Origin: Candidatus Micrarchaeota archaeon
GTDB taxonomy: Archaea > Micrarchaeota > Micrarchaeia > Norongarragalinales > SBBD01
NCBI GenBank assembly: GCA_038046605.1
Contig: JBBSVW010000045.1
Coordinates: 1 to 25,953, forward strand
Direction of reading: 5' to 3'
DNA length: 25,953 bases
Below, in pieces: positions 16,544 to 25,521 of this stretch. Each line of letters opens with the position of its first letter. The stretch's first letter is position 1. Below the pieces are notes generated by a model. That model saw nothing but the letters and a program-made list of their open reading frames with translations. It ran no database searches and had not been told where the DNA came from. Made by a program: the position numbers and the translations under genes.

Positions 16544-17200
16544 TCATTTTTTCCTGTAATGGCCAGTTTCCCTGACAAATTGCCGAACTGTTTGAGCATG
16601 CAAAGGATCAAGCGAATAGTGGGTGGCAAGCGCCTGCTGATCCTTTCGCAAGTCCTTAAACAATGATTGACCTGCGGAATATTCCTTTTCATGCGGATTT
16701 ACTAATCCTAGCCTAACAAGCAATCTTACGGACCTTGGAACAAGCCGATTGCGGGCAAGCCTTTTGGCTTCCTTTTCGATTTCTTCGTTTGTGAACAATC
16801 CCATAAGGACCAATTCTGCATTTTGGGAATCCTTAATGGGCACTCCCCGGATTCCCTTAAGGCTTGAAGTGAGTTTGGCATCGCTTAGCAGATTCTGCCT
16901 GGCAATCGGGATCATTTTTTTAACCATCCACTGAAAACCAGCAAGGTATGGCTGATCAATTGCCGCTTTGCCATGGCGCCGCTTGATTTTTGCCTCAAGG
17001 GAAGAGTGGATCTCATCAATCGAGGCCCATCCCGGCGTTTTTATTGCACTAGGACTTCGGGATCCCCTGCGAGGCCGGGGCAAGAAACGCGGTTTCCCAC
17101 TTTTGAGCAAAAATGCAAGCACATCGAGATGTAGATCTGTAAGGTGGGCCCTTGCCCTTGCAGCCCTTAGTTTTTTTAACATATCCAGATCGGTTTGCAT
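16544..17200 (-). CDS. basic orphan protein, possibly a winged-helix domain with an insertion
   Basis: Arg/Lys-rich; LTDLHLDVLAFL...ASIDEIHSSL...VPRSVRLLVRLGLV. TATAAAAA lies ~27 nt upstream of ATG 17200. Its stop abuts the gatE stop (TGATCA). Confidence 0.55.
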   Translation of the reverse strand: MQTDLDMLKKLRAARARAHLTDLHLDVLAFLLKSGKPRFLPRPRRGSRSPSAIKTPGWASIDEIHSSLEAKIKRRHGKAAIDQPYLAGFQWMVKKMIPIARQNLLSDAKLTSSLKGIRGVPIKDSQNAELVLMGLFTNEEIEKEAKRLARNRLVPRSVRLLVRLGLVNPHEKEYSAGQSLFKDLRKDQQALATHYSLDPLHAQTVRQFVRETGHYRKK

Positions 17201-17290
17201 AATGCAAGGAAGCATAGGCAAAGGAACTTTTTATAGGGTTTTGCACAAGGTTAGCAAATCTTTAAATTCAAGCCTAACCAAAGCCCTATC

Positions 17291-17539
17291 ATGGCACTCC
17301 CCTTATTGAGCCTAATTGATGGTCTGAACATAGTCGTCCTCCTCCTTAGCTTTTTTTCGATCTATAAGATGATGACGCTTAATTTCATTGAAAATAAGCT
17401 TGTTGCCGTCATCGTAACAATCGCAATCACCTATTTGGTGCTTATTCCCGTCACATGGTTCACCTGGGTCGTTTTTGCAATAGTGTTCATGCTTGAGCTT
17501 CCGGCAACCATAATCGAGGGGCTTTTCCCCGAAGTATAA
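17291..17539 (+). CDS. small integral membrane protein (2-3 TM)
   Basis: 82 aa, almost entirely hydrophobic. Confidence 0.75.
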   Translation: MALPLLSLIDGLNIVVLLLSFFSIYKMMTLNFIENKLVAVIVTIAITYLVLIPVTWFTWVVFAIVFMLELPATIIEGLFPEV

Positions 17540-17561
17540 TCGGCGGGCTAAATTCCGGAAC

Positions 17562-17663
17562 ATGGAAAAAGTAGTTATTTGCAAACAAATTTTTTTTGGA
17601 TTTGGCGTGCTTTTACCGCCCGCTCTTTTAGTCATTTTGGCATTTATTGGCATTTTGTGGTAA
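17562..17663 (+). CDS. putative 33-aa single-TM small protein (below the ORF-track cutoff)
   Basis: MEKVVICKQIFFGFGVLLPPALLVILAFIGILW*; fills the gap in the cluster, and its stop is 1 nt before the next ATG (17665). Confidence 0.4.
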   Translation: MEKVVICKQIFFGFGVLLPPALLVILAFIGILW

Positions 17664-17664
17664 T

Positions 17665-17946
17665 ATGGATTTCACATTCCTCATAATCGCAATTTTCATG
17701 CTACTTGCGGCGCAAAGCGGTAACCTTCCAATCACAATTGCGCTCTTTGCCCTCCTATTGGTGCTTGCCAAGAACAAATTGCTCGTGCTTGCCGCATTTG
17801 TAGGGCTAATCCTATCCGCAGTTGCCGCTTTCAAGTTCGAAAACTCTTCAATATATATTCTAATTGGGCTATTTGTTATATTATTGCTGGTCGCAAAAGC
17901 CGAGCCCGCAACGCCTGCGCCCTACCAGGGCGGCGGCTATTACTGA
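17665..17946 (+). CDS. small integral membrane protein (about 4 short TM segments) with a Pro/Gly/Tyr tail
   Basis: MDFTFLIIAIFMLL...; C-terminus PATPAPYQGGGYY. Confidence 0.75.
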   Translation: MDFTFLIIAIFMLLAAQSGNLPITIALFALLLVLAKNKLLVLAAFVGLILSAVAAFKFENSSIYILIGLFVILLLVAKAEPATPAPYQGGGYY

Positions 17947-17959
17947 AAAGGTAATTTGC

Positions 17960-18337
17960 ATGAACCCCCTAACCCTCATATTGCTCGCATTTTTCGCCTA
18001 TTTCTTTTACTCGATAGGGTCCACTTTTCTCGCATTCCTAAGCATTACGGTCGCCATTATTTTTGCAATATCCTCCCCCAAGGCGGAAAGCGCAGGCAGC
18101 CCCGGCCAGGCAGTTTATCGTGGCGGAGGCGGCCAGCAGCCAATCATTGTACAGGCTGGCGGGGGCCATGCGCCAGCAGCATTCCCGCGCAAATTCGAAT
18201 TCCGCCCCAACTTCCCCGGAGACCCTGACGGGGACGAGTGGATTTCATCAAGGATTGGCCTTTGGATAGTGATGTTCTTTAGGATGATCAAGAGGGTATT
18301 TGGCTCTTCCGAATCGAAATCAGATGGCCGCCATTAA
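17960..18337 (+). CDS. membrane protein: N-terminal TM hairpin, Gly-rich linker, C-terminal amphipathic helix
   Basis: MNPLTLILLAFFAYFFY...QQPIIVQAGGG...WISSRIGLWIVMFFRMIKRVFG. Confidence 0.75.
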   Translation: MNPLTLILLAFFAYFFYSIGSTFLAFLSITVAIIFAISSPKAESAGSPGQAVYRGGGGQQPIIVQAGGGHAPAAFPRKFEFRPNFPGDPDGDEWISSRIGLWIVMFFRMIKRVFGSSESKSDGRH

Positions 18338-18441
18338 GGGAATAAAACGCAATTTGGGTTATTTGGGAAAAATTATTGCAACAATCTTTTATGCCAGTTC
18401 GTTTGTATTCAACCATCATTCCATAAAAATGGGTTTTCATT

Positions 18442-18945
18442 ATGGACATCGTTTATGTTCTCCTTTTGCTTCTTGCCGGCGCAAGCTTCCTTTTGCAGAT
18501 AGAATGGCTCCTTCTCGCCGCCATCTTCATGTTCTTTGCGCTGATAATGGCAAGGTATTATTCGAGCTATTCTGGATCCAGTTCAAGCGAAGAAAATTCC
18601 CCGGCAATGACCAATTCGGAAGGTGCATCTTTTCCTGGCCCGCAGCAGCAATCCCCCGCTCCAATCATTGTCCTGCAGGGCGGCGGGTCAAACAATGCGG
18701 CAACAATCACCGACAACATGATTTCCACAATGATGGGCAATTTGATGGCGATGGATGTTTACGAGAAGGAGGATACCCCCCGAATCTCAGGATTTTTGCA
18801 GCGCGGAAGGCGCATGCGGCAGGGATTCTTCGACCACCAAGGCAAGTACGGCGCAAAGCACAAGGCAATGGACAAGCAGCATTCGAATCAATTCTACGAG
18901 AAATTGGATTCAATTGATAAAAAGCTGGGCAAGCTTGGCGTGTAG
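18442..18945 (+). CDS. membrane protein: N-terminal TM hairpin, Ser-rich linker (likely paralog of 17960-18337)
   Basis: MDIVYVLLLLLAG...PAPIIVLQGGG...; C-terminal coiled-coil-like FYEKLDSIDKKL. Confidence 0.75.
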   Translation: MDIVYVLLLLLAGASFLLQIEWLLLAAIFMFFALIMARYYSSYSGSSSSEENSPAMTNSEGASFPGPQQQSPAPIIVLQGGGSNNAATITDNMISTMMGNLMAMDVYEKEDTPRISGFLQRGRRMRQGFFDHQGKYGAKHKAMDKQHSNQFYEKLDSIDKKLGKLGV

Positions 18946-19018
18946 TTGGAGGCATCCAATCATTTTGGTAAAAAATGGCAAGCAAGATTTTATACCACCG
19001 ACCAATCATCTTATTTCA

Positions 19019-19714
19019 TTATTTTTGCGTCTTAAATCTCAAAATCAGGTCCCTGTTCGCCTCCAAAATCTTGCGGTCAATTTCATAAACCGCCTTTGTA
19101 AGCGAAATTAATTCATCCAATTTGCGCTCCACTGCATCCAAATTTTGAAGGCTCGTTTGGGGCATGCTCTTCATTATCTGCAACGGCTCCTTCCTCTTTC
19201 CCATCATCTCCTCAATATCCGAAACCTTCTCGTTGCCATCCTTGATTGAGGTTATCTCCAATTTGGGAATGCCTTCCATCGCATCATCCGCCCGTTTCCT
19301 ATCCCCGGAAGTAGGCTCCGGGCTGTAAATGCCTCTTCCCTTATTTTCGAAGAGCGATTTGGTTTCGGATTTCAGGATGTCTTTTGATTCCGCATGCGAA
19401 TCATCGGAATTTGCATTTCGAGGGCTAGACCCAAATAGGGAATTTCCACTTGTTGGGCTCTCCTTTCCATACCCTTCTTCCTCCCCATATTTTGCATCAT
19501 CCTTCTCAGCCTCCCCAAGCATGCTTTCAACTTCCGGCTCCGAAATATCGTCAATTTTTTGTGAATCGATTAAGACCCCCTTCCCTTCGGAGGCAATCAC
19601 CCGCTCGTAGTACTTTTCAGGTTCGGCAATGCCAAGCTCCCTAAGGTTGGCAACTATCTCATCCTTCCCCTGGTTGCTGCGGCGCATCTCCCGAACTATT
19701 TCCTCGGCATCCAT
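19019..19714 (-). CDS. acidic protein with a small N-terminal helical domain, disordered middle and C-terminal coiled coil
   Basis: MDAEEIVREMRRSNQGKDEIVANLRELGI...; heptad-like LDAVERKLDELISLTKAVYEIDRKILEANRDLI. Confidence 0.75.
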   Translation of the reverse strand: MDAEEIVREMRRSNQGKDEIVANLRELGIAEPEKYYERVIASEGKGVLIDSQKIDDISEPEVESMLGEAEKDDAKYGEEEGYGKESPTSGNSLFGSSPRNANSDDSHAESKDILKSETKSLFENKGRGIYSPEPTSGDRKRADDAMEGIPKLEITSIKDGNEKVSDIEEMMGKRKEPLQIMKSMPQTSLQNLDAVERKLDELISLTKAVYEIDRKILEANRDLILRFKTQK

Positions 19715-19738
19715 AATTCAATTATTTCGACATTCTTT

Positions 19739-20491
19739 TTAAACGACACCTCTGGGGGCAGTACCAACCCTTTTCTTGAAACTATATATCGTTCCCATGG
19801 GATGCTCTTCCGTATGCTTATACCAGCCGGGCATAGCGTCATTTATCCGCTCATTTGGAAGTACCGTATAGCTGAAACCCCCCTTTACCTTGATTGTTCC
19901 TCCCCGGATACTTGGCACAAAACCGAATCTGGAATATGCCGCTGCCAGTTTTCCCAAATTTTCCCGGGAATAGACGCTGACAACCACATTATTTGCGCTT
20001 CTTGCCATTTTTTTCAAGACATTCCGCCAGCCAAGGAATCGGCCCATAAGCGGGAGCGTGCAAAAAGAGACCGCATGATCGAATCCGTTTGGCAGTCCTA
20101 TTTTCCTGGCATCCCCATGAACAAGAAGGACGCCTTTTCCTCCCTGCAAGAATTCCTCTATTCCAGCTTTTGCATTCTTTTGGGCTATGATTGTAACCGG
20201 CACCCCCGCATCCTGCAAATTTGCCTTTGATAACTCCAACATGTGCTGGGAAATTTCAAGCGCAACAACCCTGCACCCGTTTTTCGCCAATGGAATAAGA
20301 TGGCTTGCAGTGCCAGCGCCAATGTATAATATGTTTCCCTTCATGGCTTCGAGCTTTTGCCGTTCCATCAATCGGAAATCAGTAAGTTCGGGAACGCCAA
20401 TTCTGCCCTCATCTATTGCGCGCTCAAAATCATGATAGCGAGCAGTATTGCTATCGTAAAACTCTTTTGGGCCTCTGATCCGTGGGACCAT
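19739..20491 (-). CDS. class I SAM-dependent methyltransferase
   Basis: Motif I ILYIGAGTA, VALEIS..ML, GDAR and FDHAVS. Confidence 0.85.
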   Translation of the reverse strand: MVPRIRGPKEFYDSNTARYHDFERAIDEGRIGVPELTDFRLMERQKLEAMKGNILYIGAGTASHLIPLAKNGCRVVALEISQHMLELSKANLQDAGVPVTIIAQKNAKAGIEEFLQGGKGVLLVHGDARKIGLPNGFDHAVSFCTLPLMGRFLGWRNVLKKMARSANNVVVSVYSRENLGKLAAAYSRFGFVPSIRGGTIKVKGGFSYTVLPNERINDAMPGWYKHTEEHPMGTIYSFKKRVGTAPRGVV

Positions 20492-20764
20492 GAATTACTA
20501 TTTTCAGGAACAAGTAAATAAAGGCGTACTTGTTATTGGCGTTTGGCTTCGCATATCCTCATCCACCCGAACCCACCCCTCCCAAGGCTATTAATGCCAA
20601 GAATGCAAGAGGTGTCGCAGGAAGTTAAATGGGGCTTAATCCCCGAAGCTCCCTTAAAAAAGCTTCCAACTGTCAAGAAAGTCCAAACGCATTGCCGCGA
20701 ATGGGGAAGCATCAAAATCCAAATTCCATGGATGAAATAAACTTGAAAATAGGGGCGAAGTTCC

Positions 20765-21331
20765 ATGCCGAAATCAAAGCCAAATTACAAAAACATCGGA
20801 AATTTCCTATTTGAGATCGGCGATCTCAAGCGCATCCGGCGATCGGGCTGGTGGCACGTTAAAATAGACGATCCGGAAAGCGTTGCGGAGCATTCCTTCC
20901 GCGTTGCAATAATCGCATACGCGCTTGCCCGCCTTGAAAAAAGCTCCACTCCCGAAAAAATCGCCTTTGCCGCCCTCATACACGATCTTCCGGAAAGCCG
21001 GCTTTTGGACCTTCACAAGATATCCAAAAGTTATGTCAAAAACAAGCACGAAATAGAGGCAAAAATTTCAATTGAGCAGCAGGAAATGCTGGGTTTTTCC
21101 TTTCCCGTGCTTTCCATAAGGGAAAAAACCATTGTGAAGGATGCCGACCTTTTAGAGATGGCATTCACGGCAAGGGAATATTCCAAAAAAGGCTTTCCGC
21201 AGGCTGATTTGCTCTTTACAGAAGCCAAAAAGAAAATCATTTTACCGGCCTCGAAAAAACTGCTTAATGCGATGGAAAAGCTTTCGCCAAATGAATGGTG
21301 GAAAAGCATTGAAGGAACGGGCAAAAAATGA
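20765..21331 (+). CDS. HD-domain hydrolase (YfbR/HDDC2-like 5'-deoxynucleotidase family)
   Basis: LKRIRRSGW, ESVAEHSFR, ALIHDLPE..L.D and VKDADLLE. Confidence 0.9.
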   Translation: MPKSKPNYKNIGNFLFEIGDLKRIRRSGWWHVKIDDPESVAEHSFRVAIIAYALARLEKSSTPEKIAFAALIHDLPESRLLDLHKISKSYVKNKHEIEAKISIEQQEMLGFSFPVLSIREKTIVKDADLLEMAFTAREYSKKGFPQADLLFTEAKKKIILPASKKLLNAMEKLSPNEWWKSIEGTGKK

Positions 21332-21420
21332 AGGGATGATTGATAGCTTGGGTTTTGCCTGAGCTGGATTGGTTCCATCCCAAATTGAAGTATTATTTTT
21401 TGTACAATTCGTGAAAATTT

Positions 21421-24400
21421 ATGGACGAAGTTGCCGCATTCGAGGAATTCCTGCGCGAAGTCATGCATGACGATCTTGAGCATGCCGCTGCCAATTACCC
21501 CGAGGTCCGCTCCATTTCGATAGATTTCAAGAAGCTTGAGCAGTTCAATCCCGAGCTTGCCGATGAGCTCCTTGTGCATCCCGATGATTATGTAAAGGCA
21601 GCTGAAGCCGCTGTTGAACTCCAACGCGTCCCTGTAGCAAATGGCAAATACCTAAAAGCGCACTGCCGATTCAAGTCCCTTCCCGAAAACCGAAACATCA
21701 TGGTTCAGGACCTTGGCGCCGAGCATCTCGACCGCCTAATCAAGGTCGAGGGGATAATTTCGCTTTCAGCGGAAATCAAGCCCGTTGTGAAGCTAGCCAG
21801 CTGGGAATGCATGCATTGCGGCGAGGTCACAAAAACCTACCCGGATAAAAACGTGCTCAAAACCCCCGATTTTTGCAAGTGCGGCAGGCGCGATTTCAAG
21901 CACATGGAAAAGGATGATGTGTTCATCAACATGCAAAGCGCGCAAATGCAGGATTTGGTGGAAAAACTCAAGGGGAATGCGCCAACCTCCCACATATTGC
22001 TTTGGCTCGAAGACGACCTTGTGAACCAAGTCACGCCCGGCGAAAAATTCACAGTTAGTGGGATCCTTCGGAAAAGGCCAGTTAGGAAGGATGGCAAAAT
22101 TTCCGCCGTTTACGATAAGATGCTCGAGGTCAATTATCTGGAGCGGCTCGAAAAGGAATTCGAAGCGCTTGCAATTACCGATTCCGAGGTAAAGGAGCTA
22201 ATTGACCTCTCGAAAAAGCCCGATTTCTACGATCTTCTTGTTCGGAGCATTGCGCCCTCCATTTACGGCCACGACGAGGTGAAATTGGCCATAGCGCTCC
22301 AGCTGTTCGGGGGCAATTTCAAGAAGGTTTTGCCCGATGGAAAGAAGATCAGGGGAGAGACGCACATTTTGCTCATTGGAGATCCCGGCTGCCTGATTGG
22401 AGATGAACGCGTAGTGCTTGGAAACGGCGCAATTGTGAAACTTGAAAATGTCGGCAAATCACATCTGCAAAAAATCGATCTTCCACTGTTAACAGGTCAG
22501 GGGCATGCTGTAGACCGCGCCAAAGTCTTCCATACTTACAAAAACCAGCCAATCCTAGAAATCATCACGGAATCGGGCAAATGCATAAAGGGCACTTATA
22601 ACCATCCGCTCCTAGTTGTAAAAAATATGAAGCGGAATTGGAAGCGCCTTGACGAGATGGAAATTGGGGATAGGCTTGCAGCAGTGCCTTGGATTCCCTG
22701 CACAATAGAAAACGATCTGCCTCTTGATTGGAAAAAGCAAAACCGGAAATACGGCCCCAAATTCAAGGGCAAGCTTCCCAATATGCTTGACCCCGAACTT
22801 GCTGGGCTTCTTGGCTACATCCAGGGTGATGGCTGGGTGAACCGTACTATTGCTGCCATGGATGTCATACCGGAAGAAAAAGACCTAATTCCCAAACTCA
22901 CAAAAATAATCGAGGAGAAGTTCGGAATAACTCCAAAGCTGCGAACAAGACTCTCTCCTGGCAAAAAGCCAATCCACATCCTCGAAATACAAAGCACGGA
23001 CATCGCAGCGAATTTGTTGTTCCTGAATGTCAAGCGCGTGCCGGATATGATTTTGCAATCGCGCAATGAAGTTGCTTCTAGCTACCTTGCTTGGCTATTT
23101 GAAGCCGATGGAACCGTCTTTTCCAAGGGAAGGGGAAGCAGGGCAATTTCGCTTCGCACTTCAAAAGAGCGTGTCGAATTCCTAAGGGACGTCCAAATAC
23201 TTCTCCTCAGATTTGGAATCCATTCCAGAATACTTGCCAATGAAACCTTGACAATTAGGCGCGCAAATTCAATCAAGAAATTCTCCGATTCAATCGGCTT
23301 TTGCTCTGAAAAGAAAAAATCAAGGCTCGCAAAATTAGTTTTGGATACTGCCCATCTACATCACAAACTTGGCAAACAACTAAGCGAAAGGATTGTTTCC
23401 ATCAAGCCAGCAGGCTTTGCCGATGTTTATGATGTCGAAATTCCAAAATCCCACCGCTTCATTGCAAACGGCATTATCTCTCATAACACCTCAAAAACGA
23501 CAATGCTCATGTACGTCAAGAATTTGGCCCCCAAATGCATCTATGTTTCAGGGAAGGGAAGTTCTGGGGTTGGGTTGTGCGTTGCACCAGATTCGCTGGT
23601 TGAATTAGAATCGGGAAAAACCCAAACTATAAAAGAATTAGTCGAAAAAAATTGGCAAAAAACTATTATTGAAAAGAACGGGGCGTTTTCTTCAAAGGCC
23701 AAGGGTCTAAGAGTCAAAAGTTTAGGAAATGGTTCGAGGTTATCCTATAGGGACGTGGAAAAAGTTTGGAAAATACCCGCCCCAAGCAAACTTTCAAGAA
23801 TTAAATTAAGGCACGGCAAATTTTTGGTCACTACGCTAGAAACCCCTATTCTTTCTATCTCAGGAAAACAGAGAAAATGGAAGAAAGCCAAGGATTTTCA
23901 GAAGGGAGATATGATTGCTACTTGCGGGTTATTCAAAAAAACCAAGACTGGATCTGCAGAAGCAAAAACTCCCCAGAAAAACAAAATCGTTTGGGATGCC
24001 GTTGTGAAAGCAGAAATCATTGAAAATAAGCACATGCCCTGGGTGTATGATTTCACAATCGATTCCCATGCATTTGTGGCAAATGGCATCGTTGTGCATA
24101 ATACCGCTTCCGCCGAGCGCGACGAATTCGGCGAGGGCTGGGTGCTAAAAGCAGGGGCCATGGTCCTTGCATCCGGCGGGCAGGTCAACATCGACGAAGT
24201 CGACAAGATGGAAGAGGGCGATAGGTCGGCAATGCACGAAGCGCTTGAATCAGGCCAGATTTCCGTTGCCAAAGCGGGCATTGTCACAACCTTTAAGGCG
24301 CGAACTGCAGTTTTAGCTGCAGCAAATCCCAAGCTTGGGCGATTCAACCCTAATGAGCCCCCCGCATCACAATTTGAGCTTGGCCCTACGCTTTTGTCGA

Positions 24401-25083
24401 GATTTGATTTGGTGTTCCCAATCAAGGACGTTTTGGATGAGACGCGCGATAGGAAAATGGCGGAGCACATTTTGAAGGGGCACTTGTATGCTTCCTCAAA
24501 TTCAACGGATCCGGATTCTTCCGTTGTCCCCCCTGTTCCCATTGACCTGCTCCGTAAATACATCGCATATGCGAGGAGGACGTTTTCGCCAGTTATTTCA
24601 ACTGAAGCCTCCGACAAAATCAAGGAATTCTACCTGAAATTAAGGAAGCTTGGGGAAAAGCAAAACAACTTTCCCGTAACCGCAAGGCAAATCGAGGGGC
24701 TAATCCGCCTCTCGGAGGCAAGTGCCAAATCGCGCCTTAGCAATGTGGTTGAAGCGCAGGATGCCGACCGCGCAATCAACCTGACTGATTTTGTCCTGCA
24801 AACCGTTTTCATGGATAGGGAAACTGGCAGGATTGATAGCGATATAATAAACATCGGGCAGGCAAAGAGCAGGACGGATAGGGCGCGAACAATTCTATCC
24901 ATTATAGAGGAAAAGGAAAAGGAGATGGACCTAGTATCCGTTGAGGAAATTGTAAAGGAAGCCGAAAAAGTGGGGGTTGATGAGCCAACTACCCGGAGGA
25001 TCATTGAAGATCTCCACAAGCAAACGGAAATCTACCGCCCCAAATCCGGCTATGTGAAATCGGCTAAGAGCAGGCGCACATGA
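21421..25083 (+). CDS. mcm: MCM replicative helicase with two inteins (spliced product 679 aa)
   Basis: Zn finger CMHC...CKC, SIAPSIYG, Walker A GDPG/TSKT, SSGVGL/TA, Walker B IDEVDKM, AANP, arginine finger SRFD, sensor TARQIEGL and a C-terminal winged helix. Confidence 0.98.
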   Translation: MDEVAAFEEFLREVMHDDLEHAAANYPEVRSISIDFKKLEQFNPELADELLVHPDDYVKAAEAAVELQRVPVANGKYLKAHCRFKSLPENRNIMVQDLGAEHLDRLIKVEGIISLSAEIKPVVKLASWECMHCGEVTKTYPDKNVLKTPDFCKCGRRDFKHMEKDDVFINMQSAQMQDLVEKLKGNAPTSHILLWLEDDLVNQVTPGEKFTVSGILRKRPVRKDGKISAVYDKMLEVNYLERLEKEFEALAITDSEVKELIDLSKKPDFYDLLVRSIAPSIYGHDEVKLAIALQLFGGNFKKVLPDGKKIRGETHILLIGDPGCLIGDERVVLGNGAIVKLENVGKSHLQKIDLPLLTGQGHAVDRAKVFHTYKNQPILEIITESGKCIKGTYNHPLLVVKNMKRNWKRLDEMEIGDRLAAVPWIPCTIENDLPLDWKKQNRKYGPKFKGKLPNMLDPELAGLLGYIQGDGWVNRTIAAMDVIPEEKDLIPKLTKIIEEKFGITPKLRTRLSPGKKPIHILEIQSTDIAANLLFLNVKRVPDMILQSRNEVASSYLAWLFEADGTVFSKGRGSRAISLRTSKERVEFLRDVQILLLRFGIHSRILANETLTIRRANSIKKFSDSIGFCSEKKKSRLAKLVLDTAHLHHKLGKQLSERIVSIKPAGFADVYDVEIPKSHRFIANGIISHNTSKTTMLMYVKNLAPKCIYVSGKGSSGVGLCVAPDSLVELESGKTQTIKELVEKNWQKTIIEKNGAFSSKAKGLRVKSLGNGSRLSYRDVEKVWKIPAPSKLSRIKLRHGKFLVTTLETPILSISGKQRKWKKAKDFQKGDMIATCGLFKKTKTGSAEAKTPQKNKIVWDAVVKAEIIENKHMPWVYDFTIDSHAFVANGIVVHNTASAERDEFGEGWVLKAGAMVLASGGQVNIDEVDKMEEGDRSAMHEALESGQISVAKAGIVTTFKARTAVLAAANPKLGRFNPNEPPASQFELGPTLLSRFDLVFPIKDVLDETRDRKMAEHILKGHLYASSNSTDPDSSVVPPVPIDLLRKYIAYARRTFSPVISTEASDKIKEFYLKLRKLGEKQNNFPVTARQIEGLIRLSEASAKSRLSNVVEAQDADRAINLTDFVLQTVFMDRETGRIDSDIINIGQAKSRTDRARTILSIIEEKEKEMDLVSVEEIVKEAEKVGVDEPTTRRIIEDLHKQTEIYRPKSGYVKSAKSRRT
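22390..23487 (+). mobile_element. intein 1 in MCM (Walker A site), 366 aa, with a LAGLIDADG homing endonuclease
   Basis: Starts at C(LIGDERV), block B GTYNHP, LAGLIDADG motifs LLGYIQGDG and LAWLFEADG, block F VYDVEI, ends ISHN followed by Thr+1. Confidence 0.95.
23578..24102 (+). mobile_element. intein 2 in MCM (SSGVGL/T site), 175-aa mini-intein
   Basis: Starts CVAPDS, block B TTLETP (no His), block F VYDFTI, ends VVHN followed by Thr+1; no endonuclease motifs. Confidence 0.93.
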
Positions 25084-25134
25084 ATTGCTAAACGGTCCGT
25101 TTTTTATACCGCCTCAGCCAAATTAGCTACTGGT

Positions 25135-25512
25135 ATGAGAATCCTCCTGCTCCTATTCGCATTTGCAGTCCCATTGCTACTCCTTAGCGGATGCGCTGCG
25201 AAGCGGGATCTCAAGACAGTTGCCTGCATAGCCAAAAAGCAGCCGGGCGAAAACAAGTGCCTTGAAAAACTGGCAATCGATACCAAGGATCCGCGCCCCT
25301 GCGATAAAATACGCCCATTTGAGGAAAAAAATGGCACGCTTTCTTTCCCGACAAAAACCTCCTGCTATGCTCAGGTTGCATATTGGAAAGGGGAGCAAAG
25401 TGTATGCAACGCCCTTCCGGACATTGATGAATCAAGCGAATGCAGGCATAGGTTTGACCTCTACATTGAAACGGCAAGGTTTATCGAGGATAATTCCACA
25501 AGCGGAAATTAA
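25135..25512 (+). CDS. Cys-rich putative lipoprotein
   Basis: Signal peptide with lipobox LLLLSG-C; repeated C..(L/V)A......C..(I/L) units. Confidence 0.75.
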   Translation: MRILLLLFAFAVPLLLLSGCAAKRDLKTVACIAKKQPGENKCLEKLAIDTKDPRPCDKIRPFEEKNGTLSFPTKTSCYAQVAYWKGEQSVCNALPDIDESSECRHRFDLYIETARFIEDNSTSGN

Positions 25513-25521
25513 GTGGTGCCA

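Noticed and set aside
20533-20814. Short ORFs between the methyltransferase and HD genes
   Set aside because: Three overlapping alternatives with no motif; none can be favoured.
7485-25019. Long antisense ORFs (e.g. 7485-8339, 10815-11495, 15703-16692, 21031-21624, 23898-24623)
   Set aside because: Shadow frames of well-supported genes on the opposite strand.
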